From Gracilinanus agilis (taxonomy: Eukaryota), in the NCBI RefSeq assembly GCF_016433145.1, contig NC_058134.1:184096056-184160055 (forward strand): DNA of 64,000 bases, read 5' to 3'. Position numbers and translations under genes: made by a program. The notes beneath the pieces are model-generated. The model was not told the DNA's origin, did no database searches, and was given only the letters and a program-made list of their open reading frames with translations. Shown piece by piece: positions 49,166-62,365 of the stretch. The stretch's first letter is position 1; every line of letters begins with the position of its first letter.

Positions 49166-51959
49166 ACATTTGATGTGCCTTTAGATAATTATTTCAGTGA
49201 GGTTTATTGACTCTGTATTGCGATAAGCACTGAAAAAACATATGTATGTATTCAAGTTTTTACATATCTCTGATGTGTTTTTGCATGTGTATGTGTATCC
49301 TTATCTACATCAAATATTAAGTGCTTTGTAGTTCACATTTCACTGAATATATATATATATATATATCACATTAAAGTGGGGAACACTTCTTCCCCACTAG
49401 TAATGTAGTATGTTAAATATGAAAATATTAAGTTACAAAGAGATCTTCTTTAGTTAACTGCTAATATGCTGAAGCTATTGTATTTGTCCATTGACTAGTT
49501 TTAAGTTAGCAGATACCAATTTCTTTTTTAGTTTGAACATCTGGGTAAGTGTCCAACTTTTTTTATATATTGAAAACCACAAAGATACTCCCAAAATAGC
49601 AGGGGAGGAGTTAACTGAGTAAGTCAGTGACAAATGTGCCCTTTCATAATGTGTTTTGGTGCTAGATACCATTTTGGAGTTCTTATACCTCTTCTCCTTC
49701 CACATACCAATCCCCAGGAAGCAAACAAAGGAGCATAATTTGCATCTACTTTAAAAATGCCTCAGAGATTACTGCTCTGTGACTGTCAGGGGATTTGTAA
49801 TGGAAATCCTGAAAAGGAGAAAAGGGCCAGAGTGAAAGCTTTGTTGACAAGGGAGTTCCACAGGCATGTGGTGATAGCACATCACTAGATGTATAAATAT
49901 AGATTCTGCAAGTTTTTTTCTTCTTCACATTAAAAAAAAGACTAAAAAATATGGTGTCGTATGTATATTTTAAGTTATCTTTTCTTTGATGTTAGTTGAA
50001 GTTAGTGCAGGGTTGATGATGTCTTTGGCCAAGGAGGGGGAAGAAAGAGAGATAACTCCTTCGCTTAATGTTTCTTTTTCATTTCAGTTACTTTCCTGTT
50101 TTTCTTACCACTGGTTGTTAGAATAGGCAGATGGCTTTCTCTGTACATGATGCTTTAATGGTGTTCTATTATTTGGCCAGTACACAGTCTTGGAACAGAA
50201 GGGCAGTGGAACTCTCACTTCCTTGCAGAAAGTTAACACATTCACCCTCTTCTGGCACTGGGTCATGCCGCCCAAGTTAGCATGTGAACCTAGTTTTTCC
50301 CTGGAGGAAGTGCAGTATGCTTACCATGCCACAAGGTCAGCTGTTAAAATCTGATTTTTGTAAGTGGGATCAGGTCTCTGTCCAAATTTAGATAGCATCT
50401 AAGTGGAAGCAATTTAGACATTTAATCAAACCCAATCTATTATACAAAAATTATGAATATCTCATTATAGATTCACAAGGCTGTGTATTTGTGTGTGTTC
50501 AAGGATAATAATAATACTGGGATACATTTCAGAGGAAAGAGATGAGTGAAAATTAAAAAAACACACACACACATGATGGATTTAAGCCCAAGTAAATGAA
50601 ACTATTATTTAATTATAGTATCTGACTGTGAATATAAATGGATGGATGCAGAGCAAGAATTTTTTTTCATCTTGGCTCCTAGAATATTTTATAACTAAAA
50701 GAAGTCTGTCACTAAGAGCTGGAAGTTCAATCTTTCATGAAATGAATAGAAGAATTTCAGAGATACTTTTAAAATTACTATCTTTATTGTTCTGATAGTC
50801 ATTATCTAAGATCTAATGAGAGTTATGCTACATTTTTTAGAAAAATACCACTTTGTACAGAGTCTGCCTCAGAGAACGTTGCATTAAATATAAATATGAG
50901 ACCTATGTCTGAGAAAGGTTCTCATTTCTAACATTATTGGAAAATTTAAAATTTTGAACCTTACTTGATGGAGCCTAAAATATCTCAATTTGTCACTGTC
51001 ATTAAAAAAATCTGTTGGTATTTTTGGCAAAAGCATAAGTTTAAGCCCCAGTATCCTGACTAAATTCCAACTTAGATGAGTGATTACATTCCATCTGCCA
51101 TATTCTTTTCCCCATCTTGGTGGCTGTGCTCCAACTCAAAAGCGGATCGTATCAATGACAGAACGAACCAGCTCAATGTCAGCAAAATTTAGAAAGTATC
51201 TTAAAAGATAAATTATAGAGAAAAGTGATATTTTATGCAGAAAAGATTCATATATTTACTAATTATTTTCAGTTGCCTTAATTAGTAGACTCACGATGAC
51301 CCATACTTTGATAAAGAAAACACAAGGAACAAGTTTTGTTCAGCCTTTGGAAATTAGTATTTTTATGTCCTCAATTTTGATTTATTCTTTGTTATAGTGG
51401 AATGGTTTGGTAGCATGTTTTGATTTCACATTAAATATGTGATTTTACACATGCAAACTAATCAGAATACTTAAAAACTCACTTTAAAGGGTTATGATTT
51501 AAGCAAGGGTAATATTCCAAATCATGCTCTTTCACCTCACTTATAAAAATTTACTTAATTTTTCTTCCCTTATCCTTTAGTATGTTTTGAATAAAAACAT
51601 ATAATATCACATTTTTAAAACAGTAGTATTACTTCATTTAGCAAATTTTCTAGAAAAGTTCAATATGACATGATATACAGGATTGGGGGGGGGTATGGTT
51701 ACTTCTGTGTTTTAAAAGGCATATTCAATTTAAAACCCGAAATAAACATTCTAAGAAATGTGATGATATATAAGATCATAACTGATCTATAAAATCATCT
51801 ACAAAGGTTTAACCTTTAAAATGTTTTAGTGGGCTATTTCATCGCCAAATAAATGTTTAAAACCAATCTCCTCTATGGGTCCTTCCCTTATTAGAGCCAC
51901 CTCAATAAAATCATGAAAGGCAATTCATACACCTAGTATTCTCTAAGCAAATTGTCCAA

Positions 51960-52625
51960 TAACTGAATTTTTTACCTCGTATTCTTATGAAGCACCTATT
52001 GCATGCAAAACTCTAGGTCAGGCACTGAGTACACAAAGACAAAATAAAAATAATTTCTGTCCTTAAGAACTTCTTTATTGATATGGAATTTATTCAGAAA
52101 AAAAAACTATAGAAAATTTTTTTGAAGAGAGAGATCACCAAAAACTAAAGGAGACAGGGGTGTGGAGGGAGGATCAGAACAAAAACTGAGCCTTGAATAA
52201 AATTCCAAGAAATGGAGATGAAGAGGTAGTGAATTCTAGTCATGGAAACAGTAAATAAAAATACATGAAAGAATGCAATAGAATGCTGAGTTTGGTGGAG
52301 CATAGCATGTGTGAAGGAGTAATGTGAAACAAACCAAAAGTCACCCTGGAACCAGACTGCAAAGGGCTTAAAATGCCAAGATGATGAGTTAATGTTTTAT
52401 TCTATAGGCAGTATGGAGCAATTAAAGATTTTTGAGCAGATGCCTAACTTGGTTAGACCTATGCTGGAAGATTATTTTGACAGCTTTGTGGAGAATGGAT
52501 TTGAAGGTTGGGAGACTGCAAGGTGGGAGACTGATTATAGTAGTCCAACTGAGAAGTGATAAAGGCCTTAACTTGGGTAATAGCCATATGAGTGAAAAAA
52601 AAATGACAAATGTGAAGGTGTTGTG
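51960..52625 (-). mobile_element. L2 LINE 3' region
   Basis: gaagcacctattgcatgcaaaactc..aggcactgag; ORF 52422-52655 (SILHKAVKIIF.HRSNQV..LLKNL) is L2-derived. Confidence 0.85.
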
Positions 52626-53194
52626 AAGGAATAAAAGACAACACGACTGAAACAACTCCTTCCAAAGTTATCAATCATCTCTTAATTGCCATGGTCATAA
52701 AGATAGCAAATACCTAAGGCTAAATTTGAACTCTGGTCCTCCTGACTCCAAGTCTGGTGCTTTATCCACTGTGCCATCTAGAGGTAGTATGATAGAGTAT
52801 ATTTTCCATCAGAGGTCCTGAGGTTCATTTCAATTCTATTGCCTACTAGGTCTCTAAATCTGAGGAATTGGTTAAATCTATATGAGCCTCAGTTACTCAT
52901 CTGTATAGGGAGGTTTGGAACTAGCTGATTACTAAAATATCTTCCAATTTCCAAGTCAATGATCCCTCACCCTGGCTTTGTTGGCTTTATTAGCTCTTGC
53001 TGGTGATATGTTCTTATTGGTTTATCTTAATTCATGTTCATTAGATTATAAACTTCGGGAAGACAAAATATCCCTTATTTAATGAGTAGTACCACAGAAT
53101 GGTTGAGATGATGTTGGGTTAACAATTTTTAGCTCTGACTAGATCTAGCATTATTTTTATATAGCCTTCTTATCACCATTATTTTTTTAGTTTT

Positions 53195-53340
53195 ATTTTT
53201 TTATTGATTAAGAAAATTTTTCTATGGTTACATGATCCATGTTCTTTCCCTCCCTTCTTCCCAGCCCCCTCCCATAGCTAATGTACAATTCCATTGGGTT
53301 TTACATATGACATTGATCAAGACTTATTTCTATATTATTG
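53195..53340 (-). mobile_element. Short L1_Mdo-type 3' tip
   Basis: ttttctatggttacatgatccatgttctttccctcc...attccattgggttttacat, same family as 6250 and 29655. Confidence 0.8.
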
Positions 53341-53929
53341 TCTTATCACCATTATTAAACTTTCCAATTGTAAGTTGGAGAGAAGTGTTTTATTTTAGAC
53401 ATGAGTGTGTTAAGTCTGTAGAATAGTATTTCTTTGCAATTATAAGATGAGTGGAGCTATTCAGAAGGCAACTTTATCTAGTTGATGACTTAGTTTACTG
53501 ATATTTTTACCTGCCAGATTCTTCTAGCCCCTACCTTCTACAGAATTCTCACTCACTCCCTTTTACTAAACTATTTTTCCCAGTGGGATGCTCTTGATCT
53601 CTTTATTAAAATAGGACCAGAAAGTATTTTATTTCTCTTGGGTGCCAGAGGGATCTCTCACTTACCAATTATAAATGCCTAACCATAAAATAAAATCACT
53701 AGCATATCTAAACATAATAATATGTGGGATTATGTAGAAGATAAAAACCATTATTTTGCCAAAAATGATCATATCCATGAACCTGAATTGATTGGCTTTT
53801 TAATCAGACAATCTGAGCAAACAGGAAATGTTCTGGACCCAAAATATCAGAAAAAGCTCTCTTATTCTTTCTACTATATGAAAAGTTGAAAAATGTAAGT
53901 CAAGCACAAAATGTAATAAAATAATAATT

Positions 53930-54150
53930 ATAGCTGACTTTTATATGAGGCTTTGAGGTCTTTAAAGTTCTTTATGTTATTTCACCAGTTCCTTACTCTA
54001 GTCTTATGAGGTAGGTTTTATTACCTCCACAATGGTTGCTTAGATAGGTTAAATTGACTATAGTCTCATAGCTAGTTAGTATCTGAAATGGAATTCAAAC
54101 TCATGTCTTCTTCACTCCAATTGATGTTCTATCCATTATACTATGTTGCT
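53930..54150 (-). mobile_element. MIR-family SINE
   Basis: gtcttatgaggtaggttttatt...atctgaaatggaattcaaactcatgtcttc. Confidence 0.65.
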
Positions 54151-55793
54151 TCTTAAAGCCCTTAAAGACCTGTCAGGGAGGAGAATAAGCATAATTTTTG
54201 TGATTCAACTAAATAAAGACCCTTATTTATTGCTGATTTAGAAGGTAATGCTATTCCTAGTAGTAGAAGCACAAATTCTGCTGTGATACAAATAACTCTG
54301 AATTGAATAAAATTGGTGACACAAATCACCCAGGTCAAATCTATAACATGCTGTTGTCCCTACAGACTGTGGTTCGCATTTCTGGAGCTCCCAGCCTATA
54401 TTTTTATCTAAATGTTTTATGTATGGCCTATTTAAAGGAAAGCATATTTTAAAATGTGTAATAAAACAATATTCAAATAATATAAAATAAAACAAATGAA
54501 ACATTTGTATTGAAATTCCTTCAGGCATTCCTGGGTAATGATAATGATAGTTTTGTTTCAGAAGGATGTAAAAAATCTGTTTAAACTTCAATAGAGATAA
54601 TATTTAGGAGTGTAACAGATTGTTTTCCATCCCCAATCCCCTATCCTCTATTTAAACATCACTTTAGTTTATCCCATGTGAGAGATAAAACTTATAGTAA
54701 TAACTCTTAAATTTGGTTTTATATTCACACGCAGATAATTTGAATTTGATAGAATTTGATACTCTTTGATTCTAGAAAACATTATTATGTTAGGGTCTAC
54801 GATATGCTCTTAAGAAATTAAGTTTGTTATAAGAATTACTTGCCCATGCTTAACTGAATGTGTACATATGACTTCGTTGGTCTTTTAATAGTATTTCTAG
54901 GGAAAAGAGAATCCCAAAATATTGGAGTTAAAAGGGACTTGAGAATCCATGTGATCTAATCTATGTCTGTTTCAGGAGCTTCTCTTCAACATATCTTTAG
55001 AAGTGGTCATTGAGGTTCTGTTTAAGTTTTAAGATTGGGGAGCCCATTACTTTCTAAATCACTTCATTCTACCTTTGAATAGCTGTAATAGATAAAAGGG
55101 TTTTTTTTTCCAGTTTTTGCCAAATCTACCTCTCTGCAACTTCTACATCAAACTTTAAAGAAATTACATTTCTTAATATACTTTTTTTGGATAAAAAAAT
55201 TGACATTTTTATGCTATTTGCAGTCTTACAAATCAGGTTTTTTTTTAAAACATTTCCTCCTTTTACCTCAGATAATTAAAACCTTGGGAGTTTATGATGA
55301 AGTAAAATAGTATAGTATATGGGAAGGAAAAAAAGCACCAAGAACAGAAACTTGAGAGACATGTACCTTTTGGGGAAATAACTTGTATGAAGAATCAGCA
55401 ATGGATGTTGAGGAGTGGTTGTAAATAGAGGAGAAGAAACAAAGGAGTCATGCAAACCTATCTCCAGAGGAAAGGAGAAAATATCTGGGAGGAGGGGATC
55501 AACAGTATGGAATGAAATAGAAAGGTTAAAAAGTGGATACTGGTTCTGTCCCCCAGAAGGGTAGGTATCCCACCAAGTTTCATGTCATCTGAAAATTTTA
55601 AAAAGTATGCTATTTATGCTGCCTTCAAAAATGCTGAGAAACCCAGAGCAATTTCCCAAAAGCTTCCATTAGAAACCTTAAAAGTCTAGATGGACTCCAC
55701 TCATTTATGACTTCTATTTGGTTTAGTTCATTCAACCATTTCCAAATAATGCTAATTCATCTCCATCTTATTCACAAGGCAGCAAAAGCACAC

Positions 55794-55846
55794 ACACGCA
55801 CACACACACACATACATGTGCGCACACGCACACGCACACACACACT
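55794..55846. repeat. Interrupted (CA)n microsatellite
   Basis: Direct reading. Confidence 0.9.
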
Positions 55847-55879
55847 ACATCAATGAACATCAATAAAGTGGAATCAGTA

Positions 55880-58020
55880 TTATCCTTTTTTAGGGATAAC
55901 ATGATGTTTATCCAGCAAAACTCAAATAAAGAGCAAACAATTTAAATAATAGCTAGCTTTACAAAATATGATGGTACAAAATAACTCCACAAAATTATCA
56001 ATCTTTCCTTATGTTACTAACCAAAATAAGTAAGAAGAGTTATAAAAGAACTTTATAAAACAATAAAATTAAAGTCTGAATGACCTCCCCAAGAAACCTA
56101 GAGAACTTATAGAAATATACTTAAGTATTTTTCACATAACTAAAGGAAGAGGTAAATAATTAAAGAAATATTAAATATTCATGTTTTGTCCATTCACATA
56201 TAATAAAGAAGAAAATCATTCAGAAACTAAGCAATTTATTTAATGATATTCCAATCAAATTACTGAGAAGATACATTAGAGAATTTGAGAAAATTTCAAT
56301 AACAAGGGGGAAAGTTTAAAAATACAAAAATCAGAAGATAATTTTATTTGTTTTAAAATTATATTATAATATAGTTACAACTATTTGGAATTATATTATA
56401 AATAACATTTATTTTTATGGTTAAATTTTTTGAAAAGCCATTCAGGTGCTCTCATAAGATGTTTCCATGCAAAAATTTTGATAATTCATTTCTTCTTGGA
56501 AGACATAAAGCATAAAAATAAACTAATGTAACTATATGTACTTAGTAATTATCAGACAAATTTTAAAATTGGGAGGTGAATGTTCACTCCAGATATTCAG
56601 CATTGTGAAAAGGGATATCAAGCTTAGAGTCTAGATCAAAAAAAGATTTACTGAGAATGGTGAGGTACCTGTGTGGATGACACTCTGCTGACTATAACAA
56701 ATTTCAGAAAGTTGCAAATCCTTCTGGAAGATATCCATCCACATAGGTAAATCAATGTGGTAGCATAATATGTATTGCCAGATTTCAAAATATGACTTCA
56801 GCAAGTTAAATATTAGAACATGCACTGTGTAAATAGGAAAGGTATGGCTGGTGAGACCAAGCTACAATATAAAACTAATGAAGAACTGTGATAGGGAGTA
56901 AAGGACACCATGGAAAGATTCCATGACATGAAGAGATGTTGCTTGATCACGTGTTAAATGTGAGGGAATAGATAAAAAATTACAGTTTCTCAAGTGTGAA
57001 AGCAAGAAAGGCTTTCAACATATTGAGTACACATCTATACTTGAGGATGTGAAGAAGAACTGCTTGGTATCGCCAGATATTGATGAGTTTCGATCTACAT
57101 CACTGGAGGGAATTCCTGAACCAATGTGACCATAAGTCCATTGGAGAACTGCATATAAAGAATAGAAATACAAATCAGAAGAATAAATTAAATTAGTAAT
57201 TTAAAAAATCTAACACATTCAGCTATTATTATTAGGTAAACCCAAGAATAGAGAAATAAAATTTTGTGAACCATTAGTGAATATAAGCAAATGGAGCCTA
57301 TTTTCAAATTGTGCTCTACTGCTATCATTTGTATAACCTTTATTATTGTTGTATAGTTCATCTGTGAAAAGTAAGAGAAATTCTTACCTAGGTAGAAAAT
57401 GAAGACATTTCTATTTCATTAAATAGATTACCTTGATTTTAAAAAAGAAAAATTTAAAAACATCAAGAATTGTAATAAAAAAGAAGAATATATATGGGGG
57501 GATTATTTTGTGTTAAAACATATCTGATCAGTGGCTTATATCTAGAATTTTGAGAGATGATATAATCTTTTAAGATTCAGAATCATTCACCCAAAACAAG
57601 TTGTCTAGGAATTAGAACAAATGATTTTTCAAAAGAAGGATAAATTGTTAATAGCCATCTTAAAAAAAATAGCCAATAATCAGATAAGTGAAAATGAAAA
57701 CAACTCTGAGTATCATATTTAATTAACCAAAATGCTTAAAAATTAATATACTATGTTGAAAGAGGTTTGGAAAAATAAGAAAGATAGTTCATTTCTAATT
57801 GTATTGTGAATTGATTTAGCCATCCTGGACAACAATCTGGAATTATGGAATTAAAATTTTACAAATATTTGCTACACTTGATGATCCCAATAGTGCTTTG
57901 GATCAGAAGAGGAGATCTATGTATACAAAAATATTTGTAACAATGCCATTTCATGTAGTGAAAATTTGAAACCTAATTATATTCCTTCTATTTGTAAATG
58001 GTGGACTCAATATTAGTATA
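55880..58020 (+). mobile_element. Ancient L1 ORF2 fragments (about 55880-56330 and 57440-58020)
   Basis: gataacatgatgtttatcc (DNMMFI, decayed DDMIVY), gatattccaatcaaatt, ctgatcagtggcttatatctagaat, atgaaaacaactctgagtatcat. Confidence 0.65.
56570..57160 (+). mobile_element. RTE-clade LINE 3' remnant
   Basis: ggaaaggtatggctggtg...gatctacatcactggagggaattcc...gaccataagtcc resembles marsupial RTE 3' ends; recalled similarity only. Confidence 0.45.
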
Positions 58021-59261
58021 TTAGTATTTATATTATATTATATTAGCATACTAATAGTATGCACGTAGGTAGTGAAATGAAAACAACATTCCAAAAAAAT
58101 CATGACATACATACATATACACATACTTATGTAAATACAGACATTGAACCTTTTACACTGCTTGGCAATAGATAGCAGAACTAGGACCAAAAGGTGGGAA
58201 CTAGAGCTACCCATAAATGGAATGATCTGTCAGGAATTAGTGGATGATATTTAAAAAAAAGTTGGGTTATTGGCTATTGAGGATGTGATAAATGGAATCC
58301 ATTCTTCCAATAAGAGGTGAATCTTTATGACTTCTGAGCCACCTCCAACTCTAGTAGTATATGATTCTCAACTAAATTTACATCAACAAATCTCATTATC
58401 CTAAATATTATCTCTACTTTTTAATAACAAGTTATAACCTGAGTAGTACTTAATATATCTCATATTTAGTTATAATTTCTTATTAGATAAAAGTGACAGT
58501 ATAGACATATTAACATACAAATCAGCATGATATGATTATCATTAACAGTTGATTGACTTATTGAGAACATGAACCAAATTCATAATTGTATGTGAATAGA
58601 TTTTCTATTGTCTCGTTGCCCTGAAGTGGGCATTACTGGGGAAAACGTCATTAAAATTTTATTCAATTCAACCAAAGTCTTAACACATGGCAGTAGGTAA
58701 TTTGTGCTCGATTATTTCCCATAATAGTTCTTTATTCAAGTTCTTTCCTTCTAAAAATTATTATTGCCTTTAATCAGACAATTCATGCTATAATAAAGAA
58801 ACCAGACCCCCTAAAAACCTAAAGAGATTACTTTATATAGGAATATGATAAAGCATATTTGAGATCACTAAAATAATTTCTAGAATTTATATCTTGAGTT
58901 ATAGAGGAAATATGAGATTTCCTTGATAACTCTTTCAAATTATACCATATGTTAGGGGCCAAAAGACTTGATATGTTTCTTGAAATAAATGCTTGTTACA
59001 GCACTGTGTTTAAGACACTTAATAGAAGAAAATTTTAAAATCTGTGGGAGCTATGGAAAGGACATAGGCTATAATTTCCTATTCAAAAGGCAAAACATTC
59101 TGTTTATTCTGTAGATTTTGCATATTTGTCTTTCAAGCAATATCTCAGGGTTTTGCGGCTTCTCCGTAGGTAGTTGTCAGAGAACCTTCTCTTGAAACAT
59201 TAATTTTTGACACCAGGAAGAGAAGAAGAAAAACCTCCTCCAGGTGGTTGACTCTTGTTAC

Positions 59262-59308
59262 CTGGGCAAAGTGGCTATGGTGGGACATCCTGTCCTGTGG
59301 TGTTCCAT
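59262..59308 (-). CDS. Candidate 47-nt exon (xGTPQDRMSHHSHFAQ, or ATG-containing), unidentified
   Basis: Branch-like ctcac, acceptor ccccctctggttcttgcacag|, donor CAG|gtaaca, in a GC-richer non-repeat segment. Confidence 0.25.
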
Positions 59309-59433
59309 CTGTGCAAGAACCAGAGGGGGCACGAGTGAGGAGCTGAGCTGCTTCTCTGAAGGCACCAGCAAGGGTTAACCAGGCTTGCCAGGGCGAACAA
59401 TGGAGACAGGGCAGCTTTAAATGAAATGAGCTG

Positions 59434-59725
59434 NNNNNNNNNNNNNNNNNNNNNNNNNNNNNNNNNNNNNNNNNNNNNNNNNNNNNNNNNNNNNNNNNNN
59501 NNNNNNNNNNNNNNNNNNNNNNNNNNNNNNNNNNNNNNNNNNNNNNNNNNNNNNNNNNNNNNNNNCACTNNNNNNNNNNNNNNNNNNNNNNNNNNNNNNN
59601 NNNNNNNNNNNNNNNNNNNNNNNNNNNNNNNNNNNNNNNNNNNNNNNNNNNNNNNNNNNNNNNNNNNNNNNNNNNNNNNNNNNNNNNNNNNNNNNNNNNN
59701 NNNNNNNNNNNNNNNNNNNNNNNNN
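59434..59725. other. Assembly gap (N run with 4-nt island cact at 59566-59569)
   Basis: Direct reading. Confidence 0.99.
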
Positions 59726-60375
59726 GAGAGCTTTGCACCAGTAACCTTAGCCTTTGTAAAGACTATGCCATTTAAAAGAAAATAGCACCTTTTCAGTTAG
59801 ACACTTAACCAAATGCATTATGTCTGACCCATTTTCCTACTTATGTGACATAACCCTGCCTGCAATTACCAGAATCTTTCAAACAACTACAGCCAGTTAG
59901 CTCCTTGCCTAGACTCCCTTTTCAAAGTAACTTGCACTTCATGGAGATAAAGACGGTATCCTATTCCATGAGGGCAGAACAGGCGGTGACCCTAGAAGAG
60001 TGTGATGAAGAGGCTAGGACCCTTGAACTGAAGTCTTTGATGTCAGGGCTAGAAGTGTCCAGGGAATCCCAGTTTGGAAGTATTAACCAGTTGGAGAGTT
60101 CCAGGAGATTGAAAATGAGATTGTGAAGAGGTAGCGATGTGTGGAAATAAAAACAGCTCCCTAGCTCTGGTACCTGAAATTTGATCTGGACGTAGACAGA
60201 TAGAAATGACATTTTTAAACTTTTCCTTGTGAGAACATAACAGTTAATTCCATTCATTTGACATATATATGTATATATATATATATATATACACAAATAT
60301 GTCACTTGTGACATTTATATGTCAATATATTTCAGATAGTTAAAAATAAAAAGAAATAATAAAATACATATTTCA

Positions 60376-60548
60376 TTAATAAGATTAATTTATACATAAA
60401 ATATAATAATAAAAATAAAATATGTCAAATATGTAAATGTGTCCATCAGAATATCTATTGGACATATTTACATACATATTTGACATCTATTTAACATATT
60501 GACATATTTCATTTTTACCATATTTTATTTATAAATTAATTTTACTAA
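60376..60548. repeat. Imperfect AT-rich inverted repeat (about 170 bp)
   Basis: Outer arms 60376-60404 / 60520-60548 (25/29 complementary); inner arms 60422-60445 / 60459-60486. Confidence 0.8.
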
Positions 60549-60635
60549 TAAAATATAAAATAGTCAAATATACATATATTATAATCACACACTAGTGTAT
60601 TTACATGTATAATTATATTATATATATAATGTATN

Positions 60636-60732
60636 TCCTTCCTTCTCCTCCTTCCTTCCTTCCTTCCTTCCTTCCTTCCTTCCTTCCTTCCTTCCTTCCT
60701 TCCTTCCTTCCTTCCTTCCTTCCTTCCTTCCT
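60636..60732. repeat. (TTCC)n microsatellite beside a single N at 60635
   Basis: Direct reading; gives the PSFL ORF 60605-60799. Confidence 0.97.
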
Positions 60733-61679
60733 TTTTAATGTCTCAGTTGTAGGTCTTCTAGGAAGCTTATTTAAGGTATCAGTGCTGGCAGTGTTCTAGG
60801 GCCTCTAAAATGGAAAAGCTAATGAATCAGCCATTTTCCTTTTTATATGATTCCCTTTCTCCCAGGGATCTTATCCTAGCAATTCCAGGGATTATTATCT
60901 TGTAGATGCCTTTTAGTGATACTTTGTTTTGTTTTGCTTCCTTTCCCCTAGTATACACTATGGAAATCCTTTGCACAGATAGAGATCAATGAGTCATACA
61001 TTAATTTCTTTGCATATTTATGTATGGGCACTGAGAGATGATTAAAGACTATTTTGCCTAAGAAAGTCTACTGGCTATCAGAGGTAGGACTTGAATCCAG
61101 GTCTTCCCTGACTACAAATCTGGTTCTCAATCTATTATATTAGACTGTCTCTATCTAGTCACTTTGATACTAGAGATAATGCTGGTTATTCATCAAAAGA
61201 GATACTGAATTCCTAAGAGAAAATGCTTTTTTAATCTGGGTTTGTACATCAAGGAGGAATTAGAGTATAAGTATTCCTAACAGCATAGTTAATTAAGAGG
61301 AGCAGATTTTAGTTTAACATATTTCTTTGGGATATATTTGTTCCATACTTACTTGGAGGGCATTACTATGTCTCTCAAAAAGCAATCAAAATGTAAAGGT
61401 ATGGTAGTATAGAGATAGCAGTTTATCAGGGGTTTTTTCTATATATTTTTTAAAATAAATTAAATAATTTATAATTATAAAAATTTAATTTTTATAACTT
61501 ACTGTGCAAATAGGTGCTAATCATAGCAGATTCCACAGTGCTATTTGTGTTTCTAGTCAAAAATTACAATTTTCAGAACAATTAATGACAAGATGATATG
61601 TAAATGAGTTTCTCATATACTTTCAGAAGACTTGAGTATAATTGTAAAATAATGTCATCCAATTTACTCTGTCCCTCAG

Positions 61680-62365
61680 ACAGTTCATCCCATCTTATGA
61701 CTTTTTAACCATGTAGTTTTGTCATCCAGCTCTAACCCCATATCTCCAAATGCCCACTGAATATTTCCACTTCAGTGCCTTACAATCATCTTGAACTCAA
61801 AATGTCTAAAATGGAATTCATCATCTTCCCCTATAAACTTCCTTGTCTCTGTTATCATCATCACCATTTCCCTAGGTACTCAGGCTCAAAACCTTGGACT
61901 AATAAACTGATGACCCTATCCTTTCAAATGTATTTCCCATTATTCCTTAATTCTTCTCCCATTGTTGTCAGGTTAGGTTCTTTAGTATCCCTTCAGAGTT
62001 GTACTCATTCCTTCATATGGCTTAACTTACTTTGTTGTCCTTGCTTGGAAAGCTCTTTTACTTATGTGTATCCAAGGACACCTAATCATTCAAGGCCTTC
62101 TTCAAGCCCAGTATATTCTATAAAACCCTTCCTGACTATTCTAGCCTTCATTAATCTATTCTTCCAATGAACTCCTTTAGCACTTATAGTCCTTGACATA
62201 CATTGCTGTATTAAATTGCAGATTTCCTTGTGTTATTTGTTGCAGTTTTTGTGTATCTGTCTCATTTATCTAACTACATTAAAAACTCTTGGAGAGAAGG
62301 GAAAATCCTTATATGTTTCTTTGGTACCCCTCAGAACAACAGTTACAGTGCTAAATACGCGAGAT
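61680..62365 (+). mobile_element. L2 LINE 3' region
   Basis: ORF 61775-62170 begins HLELKMSKMEFIIFP (decayed L2 HLKLNMSKTELLIFP); L2 terminus near 62330-62360. Confidence 0.85.

Noticed and set aside
41754-50974. Further apparent microexons (41754-41762 +; 47918-47926, 48546-48576, 50325-50340, 50965-50974 -)
   Set aside because: They occur on both strands and can be chained in several arbitrary ways (e.g. LAPHPKIIVFKEEE), which is what chance splice-like motifs in AT-rich DNA produce
2200-51199. Idea that stop-interrupted exon-like segments (2200-2286, 18869-18995, 51089-51199) are a unitary pseudogene such as a vitellogenin remnant
   Set aside because: No recognisable similarity to any protein I know; phases do not chain; needs TBLASTN before any claim
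59145-59785. ORFs of 197, 97 and 119 aa
   Set aside because: Lengths are inflated by the N gap
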